The notes beneath the pieces are model-generated. The model ran no database searches and was not told the DNA's origin. It was given only the letters and a program-made list of their open reading frames with translations. This document shows, piece after piece, positions 48,748-60,227 of a stretch of DNA of 64,000 nucleotides. This DNA comes from Octopus bimaculoides (Eukaryota): assembly GCF_001194135.2 (NCBI RefSeq), contig NC_068994.1:22184576-22248575 (forward strand), in the 5' to 3' direction. Each line of letters begins with the position of its first letter. Within the stretch, counting starts at the first letter, position 1. Both the position numbers and the translations under genes were made by a program.

Positions 48748-50389
48748 GTATTAANNNNNNNNNNNNNNNNNNNNNNNNNNNNNNNNNNNNNNNNNNNNNN
48801 NNNNNNNNNNNNNNNNNNNNNNNNNNNNNNNNNNNNNNNNNNNNNNNNNNNNNNNNNNNNNNNNNNNNNNNNNNNNNNNNNNNNNNNNNNNNNNNNNNNN
48901 NNNNNNNNNNNNNNNNNNNNNNNNNNNNNNNNNNNNNNNNNNNNNNNNNNNNNNNNNNNNNNNNNNNNNNNNNNNNNNNNNNNNNNNNNNNNNNNNNNNN
49001 NNNNNNNNNNNNNNNATATATATATATATATAGAATAAGAAGAAAAAAGGAAAATCTTTTTTTGCAGCTAATTCTTTATTAGGCACAAAGGCCCGAAACA
49101 CAGAATGGACGGCACAAGGACAGACAGAACAATACAAGTGGGGACAAAAACAAGAAACGGATGAAAGGTGAAATTATATAAAATGAAGGTGAGATGGCCA
49201 CTCAAACCCCACTCTCGGGTGGTTACATTTAACTGTTTTTGTCTTCAGTTTTTAACAAATTTTCATCATTAAAAATTTACTAGTTCAGATACTGTATTAT
49301 GTCTTTGCATCCACGACGGGAGGTAGGGCTTCGTATTCCACCTACTCTCCCAAAAGGTCAGCTAGTAAATCAAATGTTTCTTCTAACCCTGTGCACCTCT
49401 CTCAGTCGACCAAAAAACCTTTTTTGCAGCGCACCTAATTAGTGCTCTATAAAAGCAAAATATAATATAAATCAAAGTAGATGACGCATTTTCGTAGGTC
49501 AAGTTCGTTTATCGTGGGAATACAAAATACATAAAAAGTTCATCGAGATAGTAGGTTTCAAGCGCTCCAATATTACAATCCAAAGAAAAGCAGAAGTACA
49601 AAACCTTACGATCGTTTCGAATAATGCGTTTGTATTGAGCGAATTTTCCAGCCGATGCAAATAGTCGCATTTTTCTGATCAGAGGTACAAAGAAATCGAT
49701 TAAAATGGTTTTAAAATTTGAGAAAACTTAAAATATCTCCTACTTACAGAACTTGAAATCATATCGAGTAATGTTATATTTTTATAAAAGGTTATTTTAT
49801 TTTTTTAAAAGTTCGCAAGGATATAGAAAAAGGCTTTGTGAAGTAAAAATGTTTGATTTTTTTTATTGCCCACCAAGAGCTAACACAAATGGGACATTAC
49901 AATCTGAGGGGTCAGATACAACGATATGATATTTACATAAAAATGCGGTTAAAAATTAAATATAACACATGCAACGAATGATGACAACACAACAGACAAC
50001 ACAGATGGAGTGGTGTTTGGAGTTCAGCTCCGACCTCACGAGCCCCAATTCGTCACTGATACTTGTAAGACACCTTTTGGCATATTCACACGGTTACGTC
50101 CACTCGCAACACTCGTGCTACATATTTCTATCTTTCGTTGAACATTTTCTCCGACAGACACCTCTTCTCCAGCTATACTTTCCTTTTCAAATGAAAAGGG
50201 AAATACCTTTGCAAGGCAAGGCCAGAGATGAAGTTGCTTGTCTTTGCTCCTTTCATCTTTGTCTTCCATACCGCTCTTTCGCTGTTGCTACTACGGTGAG
50301 AAAACAATTCTTACCTTCATTTGACAGAAAATCAGGCGGGTCAATTTTTATAATTGACTTAGTCTATAGCCGTATTTTTCTTGTACCAG

Positions 50390-53300
50390 ACAACAGATGT
50401 TCCGCATAAGCCCACATCTCCTACACCTCTGGACACTGAACAATAGCGTGCGGGACGGTTTCCATATCCCGCTCACATTTTGGGCAGGTCGACGTGTCGC
50501 ATTGACCATGTCTTGCAAGCTTATCCCGAACAGGCAAGGTTCCTCTGTAACATTGCTAGGTCAAGGACTTTTGGAAGTTATCCAGCGTCCTCAACCCAAN
50601 NNNNNNNNNNNNNNNNNNNNNNNNNNNNNNNNNNNNNNNNNNNNNNNNNNNNNNNNNNNNNNNNNNNNNNNNNNNNNNNNNNNNNNNNNNNNNNNNNNNN
50701 NNNNNNNNNNNNNNNNNNNNNNNNNNNNNNNNNNNNNNNNNNNNNNNNNNNNNNNNNNNNNNNNNNNNNNNNNNNNNNNNNNNNNNNNNNNNNNNNNNNN
50801 NNNNNNNNNNNNNNNNNNNNNNNNNNNNNNNNNNNNNNNNNNNNNNNNNNNNNNNNNNNNNNNNNNNNNNNNNNNNNNNNNNNNNNNNNNNNNNNNNNNN
50901 NNNNNNNNNNNNNNNNNNNNNNNNNNNNNNNNNNNNNNNNNNNNNNNNNNNNNNNNNNNNNNNNNNNNNNNNNNNNNNNNNNNNNNNNNNNNNNNNNNNN
51001 NNNNNNNNNNNNNNNNNNNNNNNNNNNNNNNNNNNNNNNNNNNNNNNNNNNNNNNNNNNNNNNNNNNNNNNNNNNNNNNNNNNNNNNNNNNNNNNNNNNN
51101 NNNNNNNNNNNNNNNNNNNNNNNNNNNNNNNNNNNNNNNNNNNNNNNNNNNNNNNNNNNNNNNNNNNNNNNNNNNNNNNNNNNNNNNNNNNNNNNNNNNN
51201 NNNNNNNNNNNNNNNNNNNNNNNCCTGGAGGTCCGGACCAAACCAGACCCCTAGCAACTTAACAGGGCCCTCCTCCAACGTCCTACGACGCTGTCTGAAG
51301 GCATCGACTTGCCCCTCTAGGTGCCGAGTTGCAAGCCGACTGATTTTTCCCGGTTAATCTTTGCACCTGCTACCGTCTCGTAAACCTCAATAGCCTTTCC
51401 TGCCCTCTGTAGGTGTTCCATTTTGGTCACGCTGATGGTGATGTCATCCGCATAAGCTGAAACCGATTCTCCACATCCTGGCTCTCTCGGGATGCCACTG
51501 AACCTTTGCAGTAACGGCCCAAGAGCCATCACATACAAAAGTGGTGAGAGTGGGCACCCTTGGCGAACCGAGCGTTTGATGCAGAACGGTCTTGATAGAA
51601 AACCGTTCATCCGAACGATCGACTCAATGTTTTTATACAATTGAATTATCCACCTAAGGAAGCCAAGACCTGGCCGAACTGTGTAAGAACAGCCACCAGG
51701 TAGTGATGGTCAACCCTATCGAAAGCTTTAGATTGGTCTAAATGTACCAATGCCCCACCTTTGCCAGATTTACTCCCGAACCCCTCTAAGGTGTAGCGGA
51801 GAAGGTAGAGATTGTCCTGGATGCTTCTGCCGGGAATGGCACACATTTGTGCCTCCCCGATCAGACCATCCGTGACACGCGCCAACCTTTTTGCTAACAC
51901 CTTGGCCAAAATCTTCACTTCTGTGTTTAGCAGAGTGATGGGCCAGAAATTATCCATACGATTCCCCTTGTCCTTTCTGATCAGTGTCACCACTCCCCGG
52001 CGCACAAATCTGGGAATAAACCCATTTTGTTGCCAGTTCGCGTACACACTAGCTAGTAGGTGCTCGAACAAGTCTGGCATACATTTATATAACTTGTAGG
52101 TAAGTCCCGGTGACTTACCTACGCCACAGTCTGCCACAGCCTCAATCACTTCCTCGGGTGTGATCGGGCCTTCACAAGACTCCGTATCTCGCCCCGAGAG
52201 GCGCGGCAGCCCGGCAAGGAAGTCCGCAAGGTCCCACCCGCCATCCGGTCCATCGCTCCCCCAGAAAAGCTAGGCGAAGTGCTCCTGAAAAGCCTCTCAC
52301 ATTTTCTCGGGTTCGTTTATCAACACACCTTGATGATTTACCAAAGATCGAACTGTGGAATCATTTCCACGTTGAGCTTCCACCACTCGGTGGATCAGAG
52401 CTCGCAGGACCAGAGCCGGTAGTCCTTCAAAAATTGAAGGTAAAAAGTCTTTTCTTATGGTCCCTACAGAGTCCCTAAAGGTATTACTTAGGACTCTGTA
52501 ATTTTTGAAGTTTATTTCATAAATATTGTAGTTATTGTATTTATAGGAATGTTCGTCTTTCCGTTTGGCAGTTTTAATAGACTTCACACTTCTTACGAGT
52601 TCATTCTTGACTGTTTTTATGGCTACTAAGCCCTTATCCTCTTTCTTTTTTCTTTTCGCCGTCTTCTTCGGCTTCTTGTCTGATGGTACTGTTTTGGGTG
52701 GTGCAGTAGGGTGTATCTTTCTTTTGTTTCCCGCTTGGTTCTCCGTTTTCTTTTCCTCTTCCTCCTCTTCTTCTTCTTCTGGAAGGTCGCACTCAGCACG
52801 GATGTGCCCCAGTTCACCGCACCGGAAACACCGCGGCTTTCGACCCTCCACGAACACTATGAGGTTTTCGTCCCCTATCTCTATCTTTTCGGGGATCTCC
52901 TCTAACGTTTACGACATGGCTTGAATTATTAGATTGAGCGTTTGCCCATGCCAATTTTGTTTCACCGTGACCGACGCCTGGAGGAGTATAATCTTCTCCT
53001 CTAGGTTCATGGCATCCACTTCTGGTGGGATTCTTCCGATTCGCACCTTCGATATTCTTCTCCCCATGTACAGAGGGAGGAGAGCCGTTTTTAAGGTTTC
53101 TATCGAATGGTGTTTAGTTTTCTCCACGTTCACCATTCGAACCTCCACAGTGCCGAACCTTTTGGCTCGAGTGATATATTCAATATCACTCCAAATTATT
53201 TTGAGACATTTTTCAACTGTCTCTTCCGACACTCTGTCCATCTTTCGGCTTTTCAAATTATAAGTTTTGTAGATCAATGTTTTCATTTTCTCTTCTTGCA

Positions 53301-53510
53301 AAATTTTCTCCGGTGGTTCGACTTTCACAATGTTGCCCTCTTTTTGTTACATTTCTTGGTATTTCTTTAATTCTTTTTTTTTTCTCTGTAGTAAGTTGCT
53401 TGGTTCGGCCTCTGGCTGACATAACAAATCTTTTCCTTTCTGTTTCGTCACTTTGTACGCTGGGTGCGTCAACAATTCTTGTCGATACTATGCTTTCTTA
53501 TAATGAAGCC
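50390..53510 (-). mobile_element. Tx1/L1-clade LINE: ORF1 (CCHC) joined in frame to the post-endonuclease ORF2; RT frameshifted
   Basis: EGRKPRCFRCGELGHIRAEC; LDQSKAFDRVDH; RQGCPLSPLLY; AYADD; CPKC..ETVPHAIVQC; no APE motifs. Confidence 0.9.
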
Positions 53511-53639
53511 TTTTTTTTTTTTTGATGACCTTGATGGAGTTCCAGGTGAGAGTCTTGGCTACTCTTCCGAGATTCCATATCAAACATGGTGGCATTCGCC
53601 ATGATAGATCGGCATTCACCATGATAGATCGCTAGCACT

Positions 53640-53815
53640 AAACCTTTTTCTATTTTCTCTTCCTGTTTATTTCTGTGTTCCTTTCTGTCGACGAGCGTAG
53701 GTTCGAAACGTAAAAGACTTTCTCACTTCCCGAGCGTTAAACTAATACATCTGTTTGTTGTTTACACACCCGTCTTCGTCTTTCGTTTTTTTTTTTTTTG
53801 TAAATTCTCACTATA
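53640..53815 (+). repeat. Penelope pLTR-like interspersed repeat
   Basis: GACGAGCGTAGGTTCGAAACGT (hammerhead-like relic) ending in (TA)n. Confidence 0.5.
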
Positions 53816-54669
53816 TATATTTTTATATATATATATATGAGGGAAAAAAGAAAATAGAGAAATTGACATATAGACATCAGTATATTTAAAGATATTCAAA
53901 CCAATATAATACGAAATTCTTATCCCCACAGCCGTTTACATAGCCAATTAATTCAACTGGAGAAATTAANNNNNNNNNNNNNNNNNNNNNNNNNNNNNNN
54001 NNNNNNNNNNNNNNNNNNNNNNNNNNNNNNNNNNNNNNNNNNNNNNNNNNNNNNNNNNNNNNNNNNNNNNNNNNNNNNNNNNNNNNNNNNNNNNNNNNNN
54101 NNNNNNNNNNNNNNNNNNNNNNNNNNNNNNNNNNNNNNNNNNNNNNNNNNNNNNNNNNNNNNNNNNNNNNNNNNNNNNNNNNNNNNNNNNNNNNNNNNNN
54201 NNNNNNNNNNNNNNNNNNNNNNNNNNNNNNNNNNNNNNNNNNNNNNNNNNNNNNNNNNNNNNNNNNNNNNNNNNNNNNNNNNNNNNNNNNNNNNNNNNNN
54301 NNNNNNNNNNNNNNNNNNNNNNNNNNNNNNNNNNNNNNNNNNNNNNNNNNNNNNNNNNNNNNNNNNNNNNNNNNNNNNNNNNNNNNNNNNNNNNNNNNNN
54401 NNNNNNNNNNNNNNNNNNNNNNNNNNNNNNNNNNNNNNNNNNNNNNNNNNNNNNNNNNNNNNNNNNNNNNNNNNNNNNNNNNNNNNNNNNNNNNNNNNNN
54501 NNNNNNNNNNNNNNNNNNNNNNNNNNNNNNNNNNNNNNNNNNNNNNNNNNNNNNNNNNNNNNNNNNNNNNNNNNNNNNNNNNNNNNNNNNNNNNNNNNNN
54601 NNNNNNNNNNNNNNNNNNNNNNTATACACGCACACTTAGACTACCACGAAGTATACATACATACATACA

Positions 54670-54951
54670 TACATACATGCATATGTCCTTTTTTTGTTCC
54701 CAACTTTGACCCTCCATAAATCCAAAATTTTATTTGGGAATTTATGGGAGCAACTGTCTTCGAAGACACATATTGTCGTTGAATGCTCGAAATGAGGAGT
54801 AGATAGACAGCCAACAAGTGATGAAGGGTCGTTTTCTGCGTTACTTGTCTTGTTTTCCAATTTTCTTTCGTTATTTTTTACGTATTTAACTTATTTGTTT
54901 TCGTACTTCATGTTGTTTACACAGTTGATGACGTCCTGTACCCATATATGC

Positions 54952-55015
<64 letters not shown>

Positions 55016-55038
55016 ATGTATGTATGTATGTATATATT

Positions 55039-55071
<33 letters not shown>

Positions 55072-55708
55072 TATTTACATTATTATTTAATTGAACGCCA
55101 TGCATCCATTTCCAAGTAAGTTTATCTCAGGCTTTCTGATGCGACTCTACTCCAAACTGTTTTCTCCTCCATCTTTCTCTAATTTCCTTTTTCTCCCCTT
55201 CACCTTTTTCTATGTCTCTCTCTCTCTCCCTCGTTCTCTTTTTCTGTCTCTCCTTTCTCACACATGACCATCGACCATCTTTCATTTCCTGCACGACGTT
55301 CTAAGATTAGATGTTCTCTTTCTCTCCAATCTTTTCTCTTTTCAAAGAAAATATTTCTCCCAGCGTTCACTATTTTCCTCTCGTTCTGGTGTAAGAACCC
55401 CCTATGTTTGTTTCCGTTCGGTTTCCTTGTATGTCTCCACTGTCCTGTTTTTGTTCATTACTTTCATCTTCCATAAATCCAAAATTTTATCGTAAAATTT
55501 ATGGGAGCAACTATCTTCGAAGACTCATATTGTTGTTGAATACTCGAAATGAGGAGTAGATAGATAGCCGACAACTGATGAAGGGTCGTTCTCTGTGTTA
55601 CTTATCTTGATTTCCATTTTTTCTTTCATTGTTTGCGCATTTAAGTCGTTTGTTTTCATATTTCATGTTGTTTACACAGTTGGTGTCGTCCTGTACCCGT
55701 ATATATAT

Positions 55709-55775
<67 letters not shown>

Positions 55776-56730
55776 AGGATAAGATCGATATTTAAAATAT
55801 TGATTTTATCAAGTGGCCAGCATGGGAATAAAAACCATCAAAGGTAATAATTATTTAAAATTATAATACAGGGTATCTAAGAGATACCGCCACGCTGAAA
55901 AATAGCAGTCAAAACCTGACTCTAAAACCACAATAAATGTCCACATAGCACAAGGAGGTTTTGACTGCTATTTTTCAGCGTGGCGGTATCTCTTAGATAC
56001 CCTGTATTATAATTTTAAATATATATATATACGTAGGTATGTATGTATGTATTCACACATATATATATTCACATATATAAATATTATTCATATTATTATT
56101 TAACTGAACGCATCCATTTCCAAGTAAGTTTATCTTAAACTTTTTGATGCTACTCTACTCCATACTGTTTTCTCCCCATCCTTTGCTAATTCCCTTTTTC
56201 TCTCCTTCACCGTTTTCTATGTCTATCTTTCTCCCCCTCTTTCTCTTTTCTGTTTCTCGTTGCTCACATGCGACCATCGACCATCTTTCTTTTCCTGCAC
56301 GACATTCTAAGATCGGACGTTTTCTTTCTCTCTCTTCAATCTTTTCTCTTTTCAAAGAAAATATTTCTCCCAGCGTTCACTATTTTCTTCTCGTTCATGT
56401 GTAAAGACCGTTCATGTGTAAAGACCGTCCATGTTTGTTTTCGTTCGGTTTCGTTGTATGTCTCCACTGTCTTGTTTTTGTTCCCAACTTTGTCCCTCCA
56501 TAAATCCAAAATTTTATCTTAGAATTTATGGGAACAACTGTCTTCGAAGACTCATATTATCGTTGAATACTCGAAATGAGGAGTAGATAGACAGTCGACA
56601 ACTGAAGAAGAGTTGTTCTCTGTGTCACTTGTCCTGTTTTCCATTTTTCATCTCATTGTTTGCGTATTTAACTCGTTTGTTTTGGTACTTCATGTTGTTT
56701 ACACAGTTGGTGACGTCCTATACCCATACA
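54670..56730 (+). repeat. Three diverged tandem copies (one partial) of a ~630-bp unit separated by CA/TA microsatellites
   Basis: Units at about 54,670-54,950, 55,075-55,700 and 56,090-56,730 share ATAAATCCAAAATTTTAT, CTCGAAATGAGGAGTAGATAG and TTGTTTACACAGTTG. Confidence 0.9.
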
Positions 56731-56744
56731 TACATACATACATA

Positions 56745-57700
56745 CATGATGGCCGTCCACTCGTGACCGAGGAACACCATTGCCGACCTTCAGGAACATT
56801 GTGCGCTCTAGCACTAACTTATATTTTGCATTTGCGGCTCCGTTGGTGGCTAATGAGCTCTGCTCTTGACAAGCATACACGACTGCAAACATTGCAGACC
56901 AAGCTTTTCGCATTCACTATACGAGCCGTGCGCTTTCGCGCAGCTCGCTTAAGTTCTTCATGTTGGTTGCATGCTCTCTCAAAAGTGTCGATCCCCTCCT
57001 TAACCTGCTTCCTCCATCTGTGGCGATGACAGGCATTGTTCTCCCAGTCAGTGTCCTGCATATCACAGGCCTTTAATGAGGACTTGACACAGTCTTTAAA
57101 TCGCAGCCTTGGTTTCTGTTGGAGTCTCCTTCCATTCACAAGTTCTCCATATAGCATCTGCTAAGGAATCCTGCTATCCTTCATTCTAATAAGGTGTCCA
57201 GTCCAACGTAATCAGTGCTTGTGCACCATTGCCTCAATACTCAAGATATCAGCTGTCCTCAGGACCTGTGTGTCTGGAATTTTTTAGGTCCAGCCAACAC
57301 TGAGAATGTGTCTGAGACATCTCTGATGAAATCGTTCAAGGACCCTTACCTGACATTTATACAGAGTCAATGTCTCAAATGAGTAGATGAGCGATGTCAG
57401 TACATATGCATGGCACACAGCAACTTTTGTTTGCCTTGCGATGCCATGCTGGGACCAGACACGAGACTGAAGAGACCGGAAGGAATTAGTTGCTCTCTGC
57501 AACCTGAAAGATATTTCCTCATCCAGGGAGCAAAAACGGCTGAGTGTGCTGCCCAGGTAGACAAACTTGTCTACTACCTTCAACCAAGATAGCTGGTTTC
57601 ACACATGGATTTCCTCGTGCAGGCTGGAACATTACAACAGTCTTGTCCAGGCTAATGCTAAGTCCGAATGCCTTGCAAGAAGAAGAAATGCAATTCATGA
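56745..57700 (-). mobile_element. RTE (BovB-like) LINE 3' part
   Basis: VDKFVYLGS; LERFHQRCLRHIL; LYGELVNG; C-terminal CNVC..LISHQR. Confidence 0.9.
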
Positions 57701-57763
57701 GTATTTGCATACATATATACATACATACATACATATATGTATATATATGTATTATATATGTAT

Positions 57764-57794
<31 letters not shown>

Positions 57795-57829
57795 CGGTGC
57801 AACACAACACCAACGAGGTCATTACTTTG

Positions 57830-59135
57830 TTTTTGGCTAACAGCGGTAGAGCTAGGTCTACCCAATTTGATATAGTGGACTTCCACCTACTTATATCATA
57901 GGAGCTCCTGTTAAAGGTACTGAATATCGCTAGGGCCCATACTGAAGTCAACGACAAAGTCATACGTATTATCATGCACGCCAGAAGAACCCTTCTCTTC
58001 AGTGTGTGGCCTGCTTGGACCAAATGCATTGACCCAGACGGCTCCTTTAACGTGGTAATGGGTACTTTTGACAGTGTGGACGTATGTGACCTAATCGGTC
58101 TCTTCATCCTACATATACTAAAAAAGAAACTTCCTTCAACTACTTTGGCGCGCTGACACTATCAAGAGGGGCTAACGGCCACACGCTAGATAGGCTCAGA
58201 AAGGACCTCACAGACACTGAAGGTCATTATAGAGACCAATTTGAAAATGGTGGATTCCCATGATGTGACCCTGGATCTGGAGTCAGGTGCCTAAAGGCCC
58301 TTTAGGAAACCAAATGAGAAGTTATCTAACACAGGTTCCTGCCATCTAGCCATAATATTCAGGAATTTCGTTAAGGGCGTCAGCAGGAGAATCTTCAGAT
58401 TGTCTTCAAGATCTTTGATGATTGGGCTTTGAAAAAAAGTGCCACGGAATACAGCATAAAGTGGAAGATCCAAGAAAGATGCAGACCGTACTTCAATAGC
58501 AGCAGGAAATGCAGATTATGCCTGACTGAGAAGAGAGTGATTTTTAAAGGTACCCAACGCCCGAATGTTTACCTGAATAGCAGGAGTGAGGTGTTTAATC
58601 CTTGCCCACATGAAGGGAAGTATATTCTATCGTACCTGCGATTGCAACCACAAGTCCCCTGCCTCAACCTTCCGCAAACGACCTTCCACCAAACCCTTGA
58701 ACCTGGCAGAAAGAGTTTGACCAAAGCACACACCAATACACCTATGTACACCCCTATAAGACGGACACCTCACAATATAAATTGTCTCCCCCCAACACAT
58801 ACCCCTTCACCCAAATTTACCCCGTCATATATACAGACCCACACACACACACATTACACACCGCTACACGTACCACACATCCTATCCCCACAGAAGCACC
58901 ACACTAATGGTACACACTTTCCCCACTTCAAGATAACTGTTGCCAGCTTCACAGCATACTCAACCAAGGGATATAACTCCTAAACTAATCCCTTGGCCCC
59001 TTTTTCGTTCCACCACTGACCGATTGTGTTAATCCACCTCCAGCAATACTCTGATGAGCATAAAGTTATATAATCGGTTTGTTACCTAACATCCCATTGT
59101 ATTCTTTACGCGAAACCGATTGGTAAGACCAGCCG
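57830..59135 (+). mobile_element. Penelope-like element fragment (RT, internal deletion, GIY-YIG C-terminus, 3' pLTR-like tail)
   Basis: QFDIVDF; FNVVMGTFDSVDVCDLIGLFIL; CRLCLTEK..LNSRSEVFNPCPH. Confidence 0.88.
59049..59127 (+). ncRNA. Candidate type I hammerhead ribozyme
   Basis: CTGATGA 59,051-57; stem II GCATAAAG/CTTTACGC; GAAA 59,112-15; stem III ACC-GATT-GGT; GUA triplet ending at 59,125; stem I only 2 bp. Confidence 0.6.
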
Positions 59136-59200
59136 TGATGAATATCTAATACTATGAAATATATAGATAAAATATATAAATAAATATATATATATATATA

Positions 59201-60059
59201 TGTAGTGAAACTACCTATCGCCATTATATACAAACAAACTATCTTCTCACTATTATATATAAACANNNNNNNNNNNNNNNNNNNNNNNNNNNNNNNNNNN
59301 NNNNNNNNNNNNNNNNNNNNNNNNNNNNNNNNNNNNNNNNNNNNNNNNNNNNNNNNNNNNNNNNNNNNNNNNNNNNNNNNNNNNNNNNNNNNNNNNNNNN
59401 NNNNNNNNNNNNNNNNNNNNNNNNNNNNNNNNNNNNNNNNNNNNNNNNNNNNNNNNNNNNNNNNNNNNNNNNNNNNNNNNNNNNGGCACATCTCTCTTCG
59501 ATTCTGTTTGTGCGGTTCACCTTCGCCACGATAAATAACAGACAAGAACCCAGCCTGCGACGAACAACTGTATACAAGAACCCGGCCCGGCATGGAAGCC
59601 CTAACATCACAACGAGTGATCGCTCTGCCACACACACGCCTCAACTTCTTACATACAGACTCTTCCTATTGTGTACTCAACAAACCGGCAAATGCTCACA
59701 CGTGTTACAGACTCTTTCTATCTGTTGTATCTCACGCATACACATACATGTATCACTTACACACACTCTTTTCTTTATACGACGGCCTGTCTTTTATTAT
59801 GTTTTCATTATGTCGCATTCACACTCACACACAGACATACATTTTAATGTCACAATAAATATTTGTTATTCATCTCATACGGTTGTGTTTATCGTCTTCC
59901 TTTACTGGCATTTACGAATTCACTATGTTATCGTAGTATATATATATATCATCTTTGATATAATTTTTGTGTTCGACCGTGTGACGCGTTTAAATAAAAG
60001 GAGCCCTGTTTTTTTCCATTCGTCACCATTTCTCCTTTTGGGTTCGCACGGTCGTTCTT

Positions 60060-60062
<3 letters not shown>
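59201..60062 (+). mobile_element. Solo LTR-like element in a microsatellite
   Basis: TGTAG...TTACA ends; 3' part repeated at 1-353; partly N. Confidence 0.7.

Positions 60063-60227
<165 letters not shown>

Noticed and set aside
50397-51278. Long ORFs in the track here and at 46,035, 53,886, 14,611 and 59,066
   Set aside because: Mostly X from N-runs; not evidence of genes.
53684-53730. Hammerhead ribozyme
   Set aside because: The CUGAnGA core is altered and I could not build stems I and III; treated as a relic, like 34,220.
54670-56730. CRISPR-like or host gene tandem array
   Set aside because: Eukaryotic DNA with long diverged units, microsatellite spacers and no conserved ORF.
58640-58983. 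Extended Pro/His/Thr-rich C-terminus of the 184-aa ORF
   Set aside because: Read-through into CA-rich low-complexity tail after the Penelope C-terminal motif.
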